NCBI GenBank assembly: GCA_028821145.1
Contig: JAPPHC010000023.1
Span: 5,305 to 69,304 of the forward strand
Source: Gammaproteobacteria bacterium
Lineage (GTDB): Bacteria; Pseudomonadota; Gammaproteobacteria; Steroidobacterales; Foliamicaceae
Length of the DNA stretch: 64,000 nt
Direction: 5' to 3'
Part shown: one piece after another, positions 51,260-59,955 of the stretch
Numbering within the stretch: position 1 is the first letter of the stretch
How the letters are laid out: each line of letters begins with the position of its first letter
Made by a program: the position numbers and the translations under genes
The notes under the pieces: generated by a model
Told to the model about the DNA's origin: nothing
Seen by the model: only the letters and a program-made list of their open reading frames with translations
The model's database searches: none

Positions 51260-52429
51260 CTACTCCAGGATGTCCGCGCCGATGCTGTCGGCGACCTTCG
51301 CGGTGGAGGCCTGGATGGACTCCCTCGCCAGATGCGCGTAGCGCGCGGTGGTGTTCACCTGCCGATGACCGAGCAGCTCCCCGATCATCGGCAGACCCTC
51401 GCCGATGGCGAGGGCGCGGGAGGCGAAGGTGTGGCGCAGGTCATGGAGGCGCACATCGTCGAGGCCGGCGCGGCGGCGGACGCGGTCCCAGGAATCGTTG
51501 ATGTTGACCTGGTGCGTGCCCTTCCTCTTGCCGGGGAACACCCACGGATTGCCGTCGATCCTCGGTAGTTCGGCCAGCACCTCTGCGGCGGCCGGCGGCA
51601 TCGGCACAACCCGCCCGCCGGTCTTGCTGTCCCTCAGCCGCATCTCGCCGGCCTCGAAATCGAGGTCGTCCCAGGCCAGACCCATGATCTCGTTCCTGCG
51701 GCAACCGGTCAGCACCAGCAGGCGGATCGCCGCCGCCGCGTGCCGCGAGGCCAGATGCTCGGCGGGGGCATTCTCAAGGACGCGCCCGAGCCTCGCCAGC
51801 TCCTTCGGCGTCAGGAACCGCTCCTTGCGCCGAACGACCTTGTAGCGGCGAACCGACTTGCAGGGATTGCGGCCCGGTGGACGCATCTCCCAAAGTTCCG
51901 CCAGATTGAACATCTTGACCAGGATGTCCACGCAGCGGTTGGCCACCGTGGGCATGTCGCTCAACTGGTACTGGAACTTGAGAATCTCCCTGCGCTCCAC
52001 CTCGGCCACCTTGAGTCCCCCGAGCCGCGGCACGATGTGCTTGTTCAGCATCAGGCCGTAGTGCTTGATCGTATTGGGCTTGCAGTGCATCGCGACGTGC
52101 TCGCGCTGATACCGTCCGGCGAGATCGGACACCGTCGGCGGAGCCTCGGGTTCGCTCTCGACCGGGGGCAGGCCGGCCTTGATTCGCCCGATGATCTTCG
52201 CGGCGTCCTTGCGGGCCCGGTCCGGGGCGATGTCACCGTGACGGCCCACGGTGACCCGCCGGGACTTGCCCGCGACCCGCGTCTGCACCACGTAGACCTT
52301 GCGCCCGCTCGGATAGACCCGGACACCGTAGCCCGGCAGCTCCCGGTCCCAGAACACGGTATCCTTGTCGTCGACCGAGAGCCGGTCCACGGTGCGCTTG
52401 GACAAAGTGCGGTAGTTGGGCTGGGGCAT
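51260..52429 (-). CDS. int: Tyrosine site-specific integrase, second tandem paralogue
   Basis: Start MPQPNYRTLSKRTV at 52429. FWDRELPGYGVRVYPSGRKVYVVQTR, then VRLHDLRHTFAS and LGHRQVNTTARYAHL. The stop is 4 nt before the next integrase ATG. Confidence 0.9.
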   Translation of the reverse strand: MPQPNYRTLSKRTVDRLSVDDKDTVFWDRELPGYGVRVYPSGRKVYVVQTRVAGKSRRVTVGRHGDIAPDRARKDAAKIIGRIKAGLPPVESEPEAPPTVSDLAGRYQREHVAMHCKPNTIKHYGLMLNKHIVPRLGGLKVAEVERREILKFQYQLSDMPTVANRCVDILVKMFNLAELWEMRPPGRNPCKSVRRYKVVRRKERFLTPKELARLGRVLENAPAEHLASRHAAAAIRLLVLTGCRRNEIMGLAWDDLDFEAGEMRLRDSKTGGRVVPMPPAAAEVLAELPRIDGNPWVFPGKRKGTHQVNINDSWDRVRRRAGLDDVRLHDLRHTFASRALAIGEGLPMIGELLGHRQVNTTARYAHLARESIQASTAKVADSIGADILE

Positions 52430-52660
52430 TGCGTTCGTCGGTCGGGTTCGGGGTTCGGTTCGAGCCGGACTCGATTGCGCCGATTTACCGTAAGCGAATC
52501 GAAAGCGACCGGCTCGAAATATGAGCGTATTACATCGCATTTTTGGCGTCGGCGCAAGGGGCGAGGCAAGTCGGGAAGTGTATATTTATAGAGCATTTAC
52601 AATAATTTATACGGGTTCGGCGCACTCCGGCGCGTCCGAGGCAGAAGCTGGGAAAGAGTG

Positions 52661-53074
52661 ATGTTTCTTCTCGATACGGATGTCCTCTCAGCATTGCGCA
52701 GGCGGGAGCGCCACCCGCGGATTGCTCGCTGGATGTCGAGGCAAAGAGCGGGGGACTTGTATTTGAGCGTTGTGTCTATCGGCGAAATCGAACGGGGGAT
52801 CATTCGTCAAGAGCGCTCAAACCCGGACTTCGCGCAGTCGCTTGCTCTGTGGCTGGACAGTGTCATCAAGCTGTACGGCGAACACATTCTGGGCGTCAAT
52901 CTGGCCACCGCGCGGAGATGGGGTCAACTATCCGCCAGGATTGGCAACGACAGTGTCGATCTGCTCGTCGCTGCCACAGCCCTTGAGCATGGGCTGTCCG
53001 TTGTGACGCGCAACGTGCGTCACTTTCGGCCGACAGGCGTTGGCGTGGTCGATCCCTCCGCGAAGGCTGACTAG
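52661..53074 (+). CDS. vapC: PIN-domain toxin VapC (FitB-like) without a recognisable antitoxin
   Basis: MFLLDTDVLSAL, SIGEIERG and VVTRNVRHFRPTGVGVVDP. GTG at 52658 is an alternative start. The upstream 228 nt contain no RHH/AbrB-like ORF. Confidence 0.85.
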   Translation: MFLLDTDVLSALRRRERHPRIARWMSRQRAGDLYLSVVSIGEIERGIIRQERSNPDFAQSLALWLDSVIKLYGEHILGVNLATARRWGQLSARIGNDSVDLLVAATALEHGLSVVTRNVRHFRPTGVGVVDPSAKAD

Positions 53075-53119
53075 ACCCACTCCGATCCGGTTGCTCGCCT
53101 GTCTGGCGCGATAGTTAAG

Positions 53120-53962
53120 TCAGTCCTGGGGTGCTTGCGAGGAGGCTGCGGCGAGTCGGGCCAGGCCGGCGTGGAGGGCGGCGTACTCATCCGGGGCGGC
53201 AGCCGCCATTACGATTTCGGCGGCGTCGCGGGCGGCGTACTGTTCGGGCGCTGCGCTTGAGAGGCTTGCGTTGGCGTCGGTCAAGGCGGCGTGCTTGAGC
53301 GGGGCGGCTGCCGCCAGTGCGGAGGTCGCGGTTTCGAGGGCGGCTCTATCTGCTTCATCGTCCGAAGCCGCGGCGGCCGCATAGGCAGCGGTGTAGGCCG
53401 AGTATTCTTCCGGCGCTGCCGCGGCGAGCGCCACTTCGGCCATATTGGCTTCCGCGGCTTCTTCAGGCGCTGCAGCGGAAAGTGCAATCAGGTCTCGCGT
53501 ATAGGCGATGAATTCGTCCGGCGCCCGGGTGGCGAGACTCCGCTCGGCCGCCGCGGTCGCCTCGATTTCGGTCGGAGCAACGGCCCGCAGGCTCTCGGCT
53601 ATCGCGAGGAGAGCAGCCAGTTCCTCCGGCGCCGCTTTGGAAAGGGCCGCCATCGCGGCCTCCATGTCCCCGGCGCCTTCCGCGCCGTCAGTCCCGGCCG
53701 GAGCCGTAGCCTGAATTGCCGCGGCGGCGGCAACGGCGAGCGTTTCTTCGGGCGCTATCGCCCCAAGTGCAACCTCGCCGGCAACCAGAGCTTCAACAAG
53801 GGAGCGTTCCGAAGGGCCCGACGAATCGGCGGCAGGCGATTCCGGCGAATCGGTCGCGGTTGCGTCGTCGGCAACGTCATCGGCCTCCTCGGGCGGGGCG
53901 CCGCACGAGGACATCATCGCGGCGGCGACGGCAATGGCGGCATATCGGATAAATCTGTTCAT
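53120..53962 (-). CDS. Ala-rich repeat lipoprotein
   Basis: Lipobox AAAMMSSC-G. About ten copies (hand count) of an A-[AP]-P-[ED]-E-type motif (AAPEE, APDEF, AAPEQY, AAPDEY) at roughly 17-25 aa spacing. Confidence 0.6.
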   Translation of the reverse strand: MNRFIRYAAIAVAAAMMSSCGAPPEEADDVADDATATDSPESPAADSSGPSERSLVEALVAGEVALGAIAPEETLAVAAAAAIQATAPAGTDGAEGAGDMEAAMAALSKAAPEELAALLAIAESLRAVAPTEIEATAAAERSLATRAPDEFIAYTRDLIALSAAAPEEAAEANMAEVALAAAAPEEYSAYTAAYAAAAASDDEADRAALETATSALAAAAPLKHAALTDANASLSSAAPEQYAARDAAEIVMAAAAPDEYAALHAGLARLAAASSQAPQD

Positions 53963-53965
53963 AAG

Positions 53966-55348
53966 CTATACCTGCACTACGTTCGTGCCGATGGTGTTGA
54001 TGGGTTCGGCGCCGTCTTCGGTGATCAGCATGAGATCTTCGAGATGCGACGATCCGCCCATGCCGGTGGCGCCCATCGGGCAGTCCACGCTCAGGACCAT
54101 GCGCGGTTCAAGCACGATGTCCTCGCGCGGCGGCGAGCCCATGGTTCCCACGTGGTCGGTGTGGTAGAGCCCCACCGAGTGCGGACTGAACGAAATCGAG
54201 AAGTCCGCGCCCATCTTCTTCAGCGCCTCCTGGCCCATGCTTCGCACTTCCGAGAACTTCACGCCGGGCTTCAGGTTCTCGCGCACGTGGTCCCATGACC
54301 TGGCCGTGAGTTCGGACACCCTCCGCATACGCTTCAACGGCTCGCCGATGTAGATGGCGCGGGCGAAGTCGCCGTGATAGCCCATGTATTCGCTCACGCA
54401 GTCGATGGAGAAGCACTGGCCGTCGCGCAGCGTGGCCGAGTAGGTGGGCGAACTGACCCGGTCGATGACCATGAACACGCCGCGCATGCCGCGCGCCGCC
54501 GCGGCGGCAAAGTAAGTGGCGCGCAACTCCCGCACGTCGGCGCCGGCGCGTACCGTGGACGCCGCCTGCAATGCGGCTTCCGCGTTGGCCTGTGCGGCGT
54601 AGCGCATGAGCTGGATTTCGATGTCGGACTTGACCGGCCGGATGCGCCTGAGCGCGTCGTCGGCGCTCACTACCGTGGCCTTTTCGGCGGCCTCGGTCAC
54701 GTTGCGGATCACGGGCTGCACGTCCGCGGCGATGCGCCCGCCGGCAACGCCGGTGTCCTTCAGCGCACGGGCCAGCGCAAACTTGAGATTCGGCCGGGCG
54801 GCCTCCGAACGCACGGCGCGCTCGACGATGCCGAGGCGCGTGGTCTCGATGAAATCCAGCGGCACATGCTCAAGATCGGGATAAAGCGGCAGATCCTCCA
54901 GGCCCAGTTCCGCGTCCTCCGCTTCTTCCGCACCGGGCGCCGCATACAGGTACGCCGGAAAGTCCGAGTGCCGGTGGTCCATGGCGATGGTGTAGTAGTA
55001 GAGAAAGGTCGGCGCGATGAGCGAAAGGCGCTGGCCCTGCTTGCGGGTGATGACCGCGTAGACCGCGGGCGAATGGCCCATCTTGGGCGAGGTCAGATCG
55101 AGCCCCGTAGCGTGATAGAGGTTCTTGGCGCCTCCCAGAACGATCGCGTCGAGCCCCAGTTTGGCCATCACCTTGTCGGCCTGCTCGAAGTTCATGCGCG
55201 GCCCGAGGATGGGCGGCGGCACGGACACGCCCATGCGCAGGCGCGCCGGCTCGGCGCCGGCCTGCGCGGAAGAAACGAAACCGGCCGCTCCGGTGGCGGC
55301 GAGGCCTCCCAGTACGTGGCGGCGGTTCATCGTGGACTCATCGGGCAT
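53966..55348 (-). CDS. M24-family metallopeptidase/creatinase-like hydrolase with Tat signal
   Basis: Twin-arginine leader MNRRHVLGGLAATGAAGFVSSAQA. C-terminal pita-bread-like region has YHGDFARAIYIGEP, HSVGLYHTDHVG and SSHLEDLMLITEDG. Confidence 0.75.
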   Translation of the reverse strand: MPDESTMNRRHVLGGLAATGAAGFVSSAQAGAEPARLRMGVSVPPPILGPRMNFEQADKVMAKLGLDAIVLGGAKNLYHATGLDLTSPKMGHSPAVYAVITRKQGQRLSLIAPTFLYYYTIAMDHRHSDFPAYLYAAPGAEEAEDAELGLEDLPLYPDLEHVPLDFIETTRLGIVERAVRSEAARPNLKFALARALKDTGVAGGRIAADVQPVIRNVTEAAEKATVVSADDALRRIRPVKSDIEIQLMRYAAQANAEAALQAASTVRAGADVRELRATYFAAAAARGMRGVFMVIDRVSSPTYSATLRDGQCFSIDCVSEYMGYHGDFARAIYIGEPLKRMRRVSELTARSWDHVRENLKPGVKFSEVRSMGQEALKKMGADFSISFSPHSVGLYHTDHVGTMGSPPREDIVLEPRMVLSVDCPMGATGMGGSSHLEDLMLITEDGAEPINTIGTNVVQV

Positions 55349-55434
55349 GGCGTTCTCCTCTTGCTGCGTCAGTCCGTCATCCAGCGGAAAATGCTATGGT
55401 GCCGGACTTTGCGTTGCAAAGGTGCAAGTTTCTC

Positions 55435-56667
55435 ATGGGTTCGCCCGCCTCCGACACGCCGGCCCTTCGCACGGGCGAGTTCGTTCCGCTTATCGCGCTG
55501 TTGATTTCGCTCGGCGCGCTGGCCATCGACGGGATGTTGCCGGCGCTGCCGGCCATCGGCGAAGACCTCGGGGTCGTGAACCGCAACGACGTGCAGTTCG
55601 TCATCGCGGCGGTTTTCCTGGGACTCGCCGTCGGTCAGTTCTTCTTCGGACCGCTGTCGGACCGCGCCGGGCGCAAGCCGGCCATACACGCGGGCCTGAT
55701 CCTGTTCATGGCCGGATCGCTGATGAGCGTTTTCGCGCGCACCTTCGAGGTGATGATGGTGGGTCGGATCCTGCAGGGCGTCGGGGTGGCGGGGCCGCGG
55801 GTCGTGACCATGGCGCTGGTGCGCGATCAGTACGAAGGGCGCCAGATGGCGCGGCTGATGTCTTTCGCGACATCGCTGTTCATCCTCGCACCCACGATCG
55901 CCCCGGCGCTGGGACAGGGGATCCAGTGGCTGGCCGGCTGGCGGGCCATATTCGCGTCGTTCTTCGGCATTGCCGTCGTCGCCTTCGTCTGGTTCACGGT
56001 GCGGCAGCCGGAAACCCTGCCCGCCGCACGCCGGCGGCCGATGTCGCTGCCGGCCATCGTCAGCGGCGCAGTGGAAGTCGTGAAGATCCGGTCCGCGCTG
56101 GGCTACACGCTGGCCAGCGGCCTCCTGTTCACGCCGTTTCTCGCCTATATCAGCGCCGCCCAGCAGATCTACCAGGATGTTTATGACACCGGCGCGCTGT
56201 TTCCCTTCTACTTCGGCTCTCTGGCGCTCGTCATCGCCTGCATGTCGTTCGTGAACGGGCGCCTGGTGCTGAAGTACGGGATGCGCCGGCTGTCCACGAT
56301 GGCCATCATCGCCTTCACGATTGCAGCGGCGGTAGCGTGGGCGCTCACCGTCGCGCTGGGCGGCGTTCCGCCCTTCTGGCTGTTCATGACCTACCAGCTG
56401 TGCGTTTTTGTGTGGGCGGGCCTGCTGTTCGGCAATCTCAGCGCGCTCGCCATGCGGCCGCTGGGCCACATCGCGGGCATCGGCGCCACGGTAGTCACGT
56501 CATTGCCCACGCTGGTGTCGGTGCCGTTCGGGGCGTTCGTCGCCTACCGCTTCGACGGAACGCTCAATTCGCTGACGGCGGCGTACGCGCTGTGCGGCGC
56601 GGGGGCCTTCGCCACGATGCGATGGGCCGAGAGCGGCCGCAGCCCGCAATCCGGCCGGGTTCTATAG
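55435..56667 (+). CDS. MFS transporter, Bcr/CflA-like
   Basis: LGALAIDGMLPALPAIGEDLGV and GPLSDRAGRKP (MFS motif A), about 12 TM helices. An upstream in-frame ATG at 55396 is an alternative start. Confidence 0.85.
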   Translation: MGSPASDTPALRTGEFVPLIALLISLGALAIDGMLPALPAIGEDLGVVNRNDVQFVIAAVFLGLAVGQFFFGPLSDRAGRKPAIHAGLILFMAGSLMSVFARTFEVMMVGRILQGVGVAGPRVVTMALVRDQYEGRQMARLMSFATSLFILAPTIAPALGQGIQWLAGWRAIFASFFGIAVVAFVWFTVRQPETLPAARRRPMSLPAIVSGAVEVVKIRSALGYTLASGLLFTPFLAYISAAQQIYQDVYDTGALFPFYFGSLALVIACMSFVNGRLVLKYGMRRLSTMAIIAFTIAAAVAWALTVALGGVPPFWLFMTYQLCVFVWAGLLFGNLSALAMRPLGHIAGIGATVVTSLPTLVSVPFGAFVAYRFDGTLNSLTAAYALCGAGAFATMRWAESGRSPQSGRVL

Positions 56668-58104
56668 CTCCAGCAGTGCGCCGATGGCGGCGCGTTCGGC
56701 GGCTTCCATGGCGGCTTCCATGCCGCGGTTGGAGACGGCGGTGTGCTCGCCGCAGAAGTGCACGCGGCCGTGCGCCTCGGAGAAGGCCGGCAGGTAGGCG
56801 TGGAGCTGGCCGGGTCGCCATTCGGTCCAGGCGCCCCCGGCATACGGGTCCATGGTCCAGCTCTTGTAGCCCACGGCCTCGAGCTTGCCCTGCGCCGCGG
56901 GCCGGAGGCGCTCGTACTCGCTCACCACGAGGGCGCGCGCGGCGGACTCGCCGAGGCGGTCCAGCCGCTGGGCGTTAAAACCCCGCGCGCGGGCGATCAG
57001 ACCGGTGATCTCGGGGCTGTCCGCATATTGGCGCAACGCGCGCACCTCGCCCAGCGGCGTGTCGGTCCACATGGCGGGATCCAGGCCGTCGTCTTCCCAG
57101 AAGGGCCGCTCGGCGTGCAGGACGGTCTTGGTGATCATCATCGAGGGCAGCGTTTTGGTCGCGCGCGCGAGCACCGGCGGCAGGACCGGGTCGAAGCCGA
57201 CCCAGCGCAACGGGGCGACGGGCAGCGTGCATATCGCCTGCCGCGCCAGGTGCCGCTCGCCGTCGTCCGTCAGGACCTCGACGCCCGCGCGGTCCTGCGC
57301 TATCCCGGTGACGCGGCGCTCCAGCAGCACGTCGCCCGGCAACGCGGCCGCAATGGCCTCGGGAAGTCGCTGATTGCCGCCTTCGACCTTTGCGAACAGC
57401 GAACCCAGTTGCCGCTGCACCTCGTTCCAGGCCACGCGGAAATACCAGGTCAATATCGAACAGTCGTGAGCCGATGTGCCGCGCCCGATGTTGGTCTCGT
57501 AGTTCTGTGCGATGGTGCCGTCGCTCCAGCCAACCGATCTCAGGAACTCGTAGACCGACTCGTCCAGCGCACGGCTCCGCGGCAGCAGCCAGTCGTCGTG
57601 GCCGGCCAGGGGATTGTTGGCCGTAACGACCTTCTCGAAGAATCGCCGGCCGGGAAACTCGCTCTTCGAACCGGCGGGCAGCCGGTTCAGCGGGTGTTCC
57701 GGCCACGCCGCGCGTGGGATGATCTGGCCGTTCAGCGCAATTTCCGGCCTTGACAGACCGCGCTTCGACGCATGGTCGATCAGGCGCAGGCCCAGCCCCT
57801 GGGCAGTAGCCTGCACGCGCGCATATCCGCCGAGGATGCTGTCGCCGCCCGCCTCGGGCGCTCCCGGCAGGTCGTAGAAACTCTCCAGGCGCCCGCCCAG
57901 GCGGTCCTGGGCCTCGAGCACCGTGACCGTGGCTCCTTCCTCGGCCAACAAAGACGCGGCGTACAGGCCGGAGAGCCCGGCGCCGATCACGATGACGTCG
58001 GACTGCGTCGTGGCGCGCACGGCGTTGGGCCAGCCGATCGCGGGGGCGACCGCGGTCGCGCCCAGGCCCTTGAGCGCTTGCCGCCGGCTGATGCGTTGCG
58101 TCAT
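56662..58104 (-). CDS. FAD-dependent amine oxidase with Tat signal
   Basis: MTQRISRRQALKGLGATAVAP leader. Dinucleotide fold VIVIGAGLSGLYAASLLAEEGATVTVLEAQDRLGGRL. C-terminal FCGEHT. Confidence 0.85.
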   Translation of the reverse strand: MTQRISRRQALKGLGATAVAPAIGWPNAVRATTQSDVIVIGAGLSGLYAASLLAEEGATVTVLEAQDRLGGRLESFYDLPGAPEAGGDSILGGYARVQATAQGLGLRLIDHASKRGLSRPEIALNGQIIPRAAWPEHPLNRLPAGSKSEFPGRRFFEKVVTANNPLAGHDDWLLPRSRALDESVYEFLRSVGWSDGTIAQNYETNIGRGTSAHDCSILTWYFRVAWNEVQRQLGSLFAKVEGGNQRLPEAIAAALPGDVLLERRVTGIAQDRAGVEVLTDDGERHLARQAICTLPVAPLRWVGFDPVLPPVLARATKTLPSMMITKTVLHAERPFWEDDGLDPAMWTDTPLGEVRALRQYADSPEITGLIARARGFNAQRLDRLGESAARALVVSEYERLRPAAQGKLEAVGYKSWTMDPYAGGAWTEWRPGQLHAYLPAFSEAHGRVHFCGEHTAVSNRGMEAAMEAAERAAIGALLEL

Positions 58105-58158
58105 GAAGTCAAAGTGTACGCCCGGCGCCGAATGGTGTCCCGTAAACTTGAGCGCCCT

Positions 58159-59073
58159 ATGAATGCGGATTGGTCGATGCACCGAAGGCAACTGCTTGGC
58201 ATGCTGGGCGGCAGCGCCGTGCTCGCAGCCGGCTGGGGCGCGAACTCGACCGCCGGCGCAGCGACCGCCACCGAGGCCGCGCTTGATCTCGACGACCCGG
58301 GGTCGCGCGTGCGCGCCTTCGTCAAGACCAGCGGACGGCTGGACGCCGGGCGGGTGATCTGGGCCACCCGCGCCGAGGTCTATGCCTTTCTGCCGCCCGA
58401 CCGACTGGTGCCGGCCGTGCGGGTCAAGGGCTGCGAGCAGCAGTGGATACGGCCGCTCTCGGATACCGAATTCCTGAGCTTCGACAGCCTGGTCAGCTAC
58501 TACTGCGATTTCGAAAGCGACGAGGTGATGCGCGAGTTCGACAACCCGTTCACGGGCGCGCGCAACGCGGTCAGGCCGAACATCAGCCGCATGACCGAAG
58601 GACGGGAGATTTCACCGCGCGGCGTAGTCTATCGCGTCATGCGCAGGGCCTACCCGGAGTTCTACGCGGAATCGGATTTCGATGTCGTGATTCGGCAGGT
58701 CGGCGACACCGTGTCGTTCCAGGGCGAGAACCGGTGGCCGGACGAGTTCATTCGCCCGCCGGCGGGATCGAAGCTCAGCATGTTCGCGCGCAGCGCCGAC
58801 CTCGCCGATCCGGACCGGAGCAGCGTGCCGGCCAACTTCGCCGGGCATGTTTTGATGCCGTTTTTCCCGTGGATGGAGATGGCGGACCGTCCCGGCCACC
58901 TGCTTTGGCACGTGCAAGGCTATAAGATCACGTCCCTTGGGGACCTGGACGAGGACTACCTTGCCGCCGCGCACGCCGACCTGGGCGACCGATTCGAACA
59001 GTCGCCCGAATTCGACAGCGAACCTTCGCGGTTCGCGCAGCGGCTCAAGGCGATGGGGCGTTTGCAGGATTAG
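58159..59073 (+). CDS. Tat-signal periplasmic protein of unknown function (DUF1838-like, paralogue A)
   Basis: MHRRQLLGMLGG leader. Shares VKGCEQQWIRPL and NPFTGARNAVRPNIS with the downstream paralogue. The DUF number is from memory. Confidence 0.7.
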   Translation: MNADWSMHRRQLLGMLGGSAVLAAGWGANSTAGAATATEAALDLDDPGSRVRAFVKTSGRLDAGRVIWATRAEVYAFLPPDRLVPAVRVKGCEQQWIRPLSDTEFLSFDSLVSYYCDFESDEVMREFDNPFTGARNAVRPNISRMTEGREISPRGVVYRVMRRAYPEFYAESDFDVVIRQVGDTVSFQGENRWPDEFIRPPAGSKLSMFARSADLADPDRSSVPANFAGHVLMPFFPWMEMADRPGHLLWHVQGYKITSLGDLDEDYLAAAHADLGDRFEQSPEFDSEPSRFAQRLKAMGRLQD

Positions 59074-59082
59074 AGGGGATGC

Positions 59083-59955
59083 ATGAACAAGAACGACAGA
59101 TTTCTGGTTGATCGGCGCGGGCTGCTGGGCGCCGCCGGGCTTGGACTGCTGCCGGGAATCGCGGGGTTCCTGCCGGAGACGGGCTTCGCGGCAGAGCACG
59201 AAGATTCGCCGGACCTCAAGGATCCATGGATGCTCGACCCGCAGAAGACCTTCCACAATTTCCTGCGCTCCATGGGCGACCTGTCGGGCCGGATTTCGCC
59301 GCAATGGTGGCGGGGCGCCTACCTGGCCATCTACGAAGACCGCCATCCCGAACTGTTGTTCCGCCTGGAAGGCTGCGAGATGAAGCGCATCGTCGATCTC
59401 GGCGGCGGCGAATACCAGTTCCAGTACCGGATCTTCACCTTGCTCAAGGACCCGGAAACGAACGAGACCTTGAGCGGCAAACCCTGGCGCAACCCGATTA
59501 CCGGCGAGGAACTCACCGTCGAGCCCAACATCTCCGGCGCCCAGCGGGTCGTGTTCCACGATGAACGCGGCGTCGTCGAAAGGGACGAAAACTCGGGGTT
59601 CGAGGCGGTCATCCATCTGCTCTGGACCGCCCAGGGCGACTACGCGATGCACAACGGCTACAAGGACCGTCCCGAAGGGCGGCCGATTCCGATGAAGGAG
59701 TTCGCGACGGGCTTTCTGAGCCGGGCGGCGGCGGCCGATTTCGCCGCGCCGCGCCTGGAGACCCGGTTCAACTCGACCTTCGTCGCGCCGTTTCAGCGCT
59801 GGATGCGGATGCCGGCGGATGCGGGCATTGCCGTCTGGCACGCGTCCGGGCACAAGGCGCGCGACGTCGAGAGCCTGCCGCCGGAGTACCTGGAGCAATT
59901 GCATCATTACCGTCCTGAAATGAAGGAGTGGATCGGCGAGGACGGCAAGGCGTGA
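59083..59955 (+). CDS. Tat-signal periplasmic protein of unknown function (DUF1838-like, paralogue B)
   Basis: DRRGLLGAAGLG leader. LEGCEMKRIVDL and NPITGEELTVEPNIS align with paralogue A. Confidence 0.7.
   Translation: MNKNDRFLVDRRGLLGAAGLGLLPGIAGFLPETGFAAEHEDSPDLKDPWMLDPQKTFHNFLRSMGDLSGRISPQWWRGAYLAIYEDRHPELLFRLEGCEMKRIVDLGGGEYQFQYRIFTLLKDPETNETLSGKPWRNPITGEELTVEPNISGAQRVVFHDERGVVERDENSGFEAVIHLLWTAQGDYAMHNGYKDRPEGRPIPMKEFATGFLSRAAAADFAAPRLETRFNSTFVAPFQRWMRMPADAGIAVWHASGHKARDVESLPPEYLEQLHHYRPEMKEWIGEDGKA

Larger units (their letters stand above)
1..52600. mobile_element. Integrative conjugative element, partial (left end outside window; right end approximate)
   Basis: Contiguous F-type mating-pair-formation genes, coupling protein traD, TrwC-type relaxase, plasmid-like establishment genes and two tyrosine integrases at 50050-52429. 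An AT-rich break at about 52540-52620 follows immediately after the integrases. Confidence 0.7.

Noticed and set aside
52441-52490. GGTTCGAGCC, which looks like a tRNA T-loop next to the integrase, as a possible tRNA or tRNA 3' fragment att site
   Set aside because: I could not fold a T-arm with a 5-bp stem and 7-nt loop, an acceptor stem or a CCA context on either strand. A full tRNA would overlap the integrase start. tRNAscan-SE should still be run.
52521-52661. 46-aa ORF ending in the overlap position before vapC, as the missing VapB antitoxin
   Set aside because: The sequence MSVLHRIFGVGARGEASREVYIYRAFTIIYTGSAHSGASEAEAGKE has no RHH, AbrB or Phd-like N-terminal pattern. It also runs through the AT-rich tract, so it is probably non-coding.
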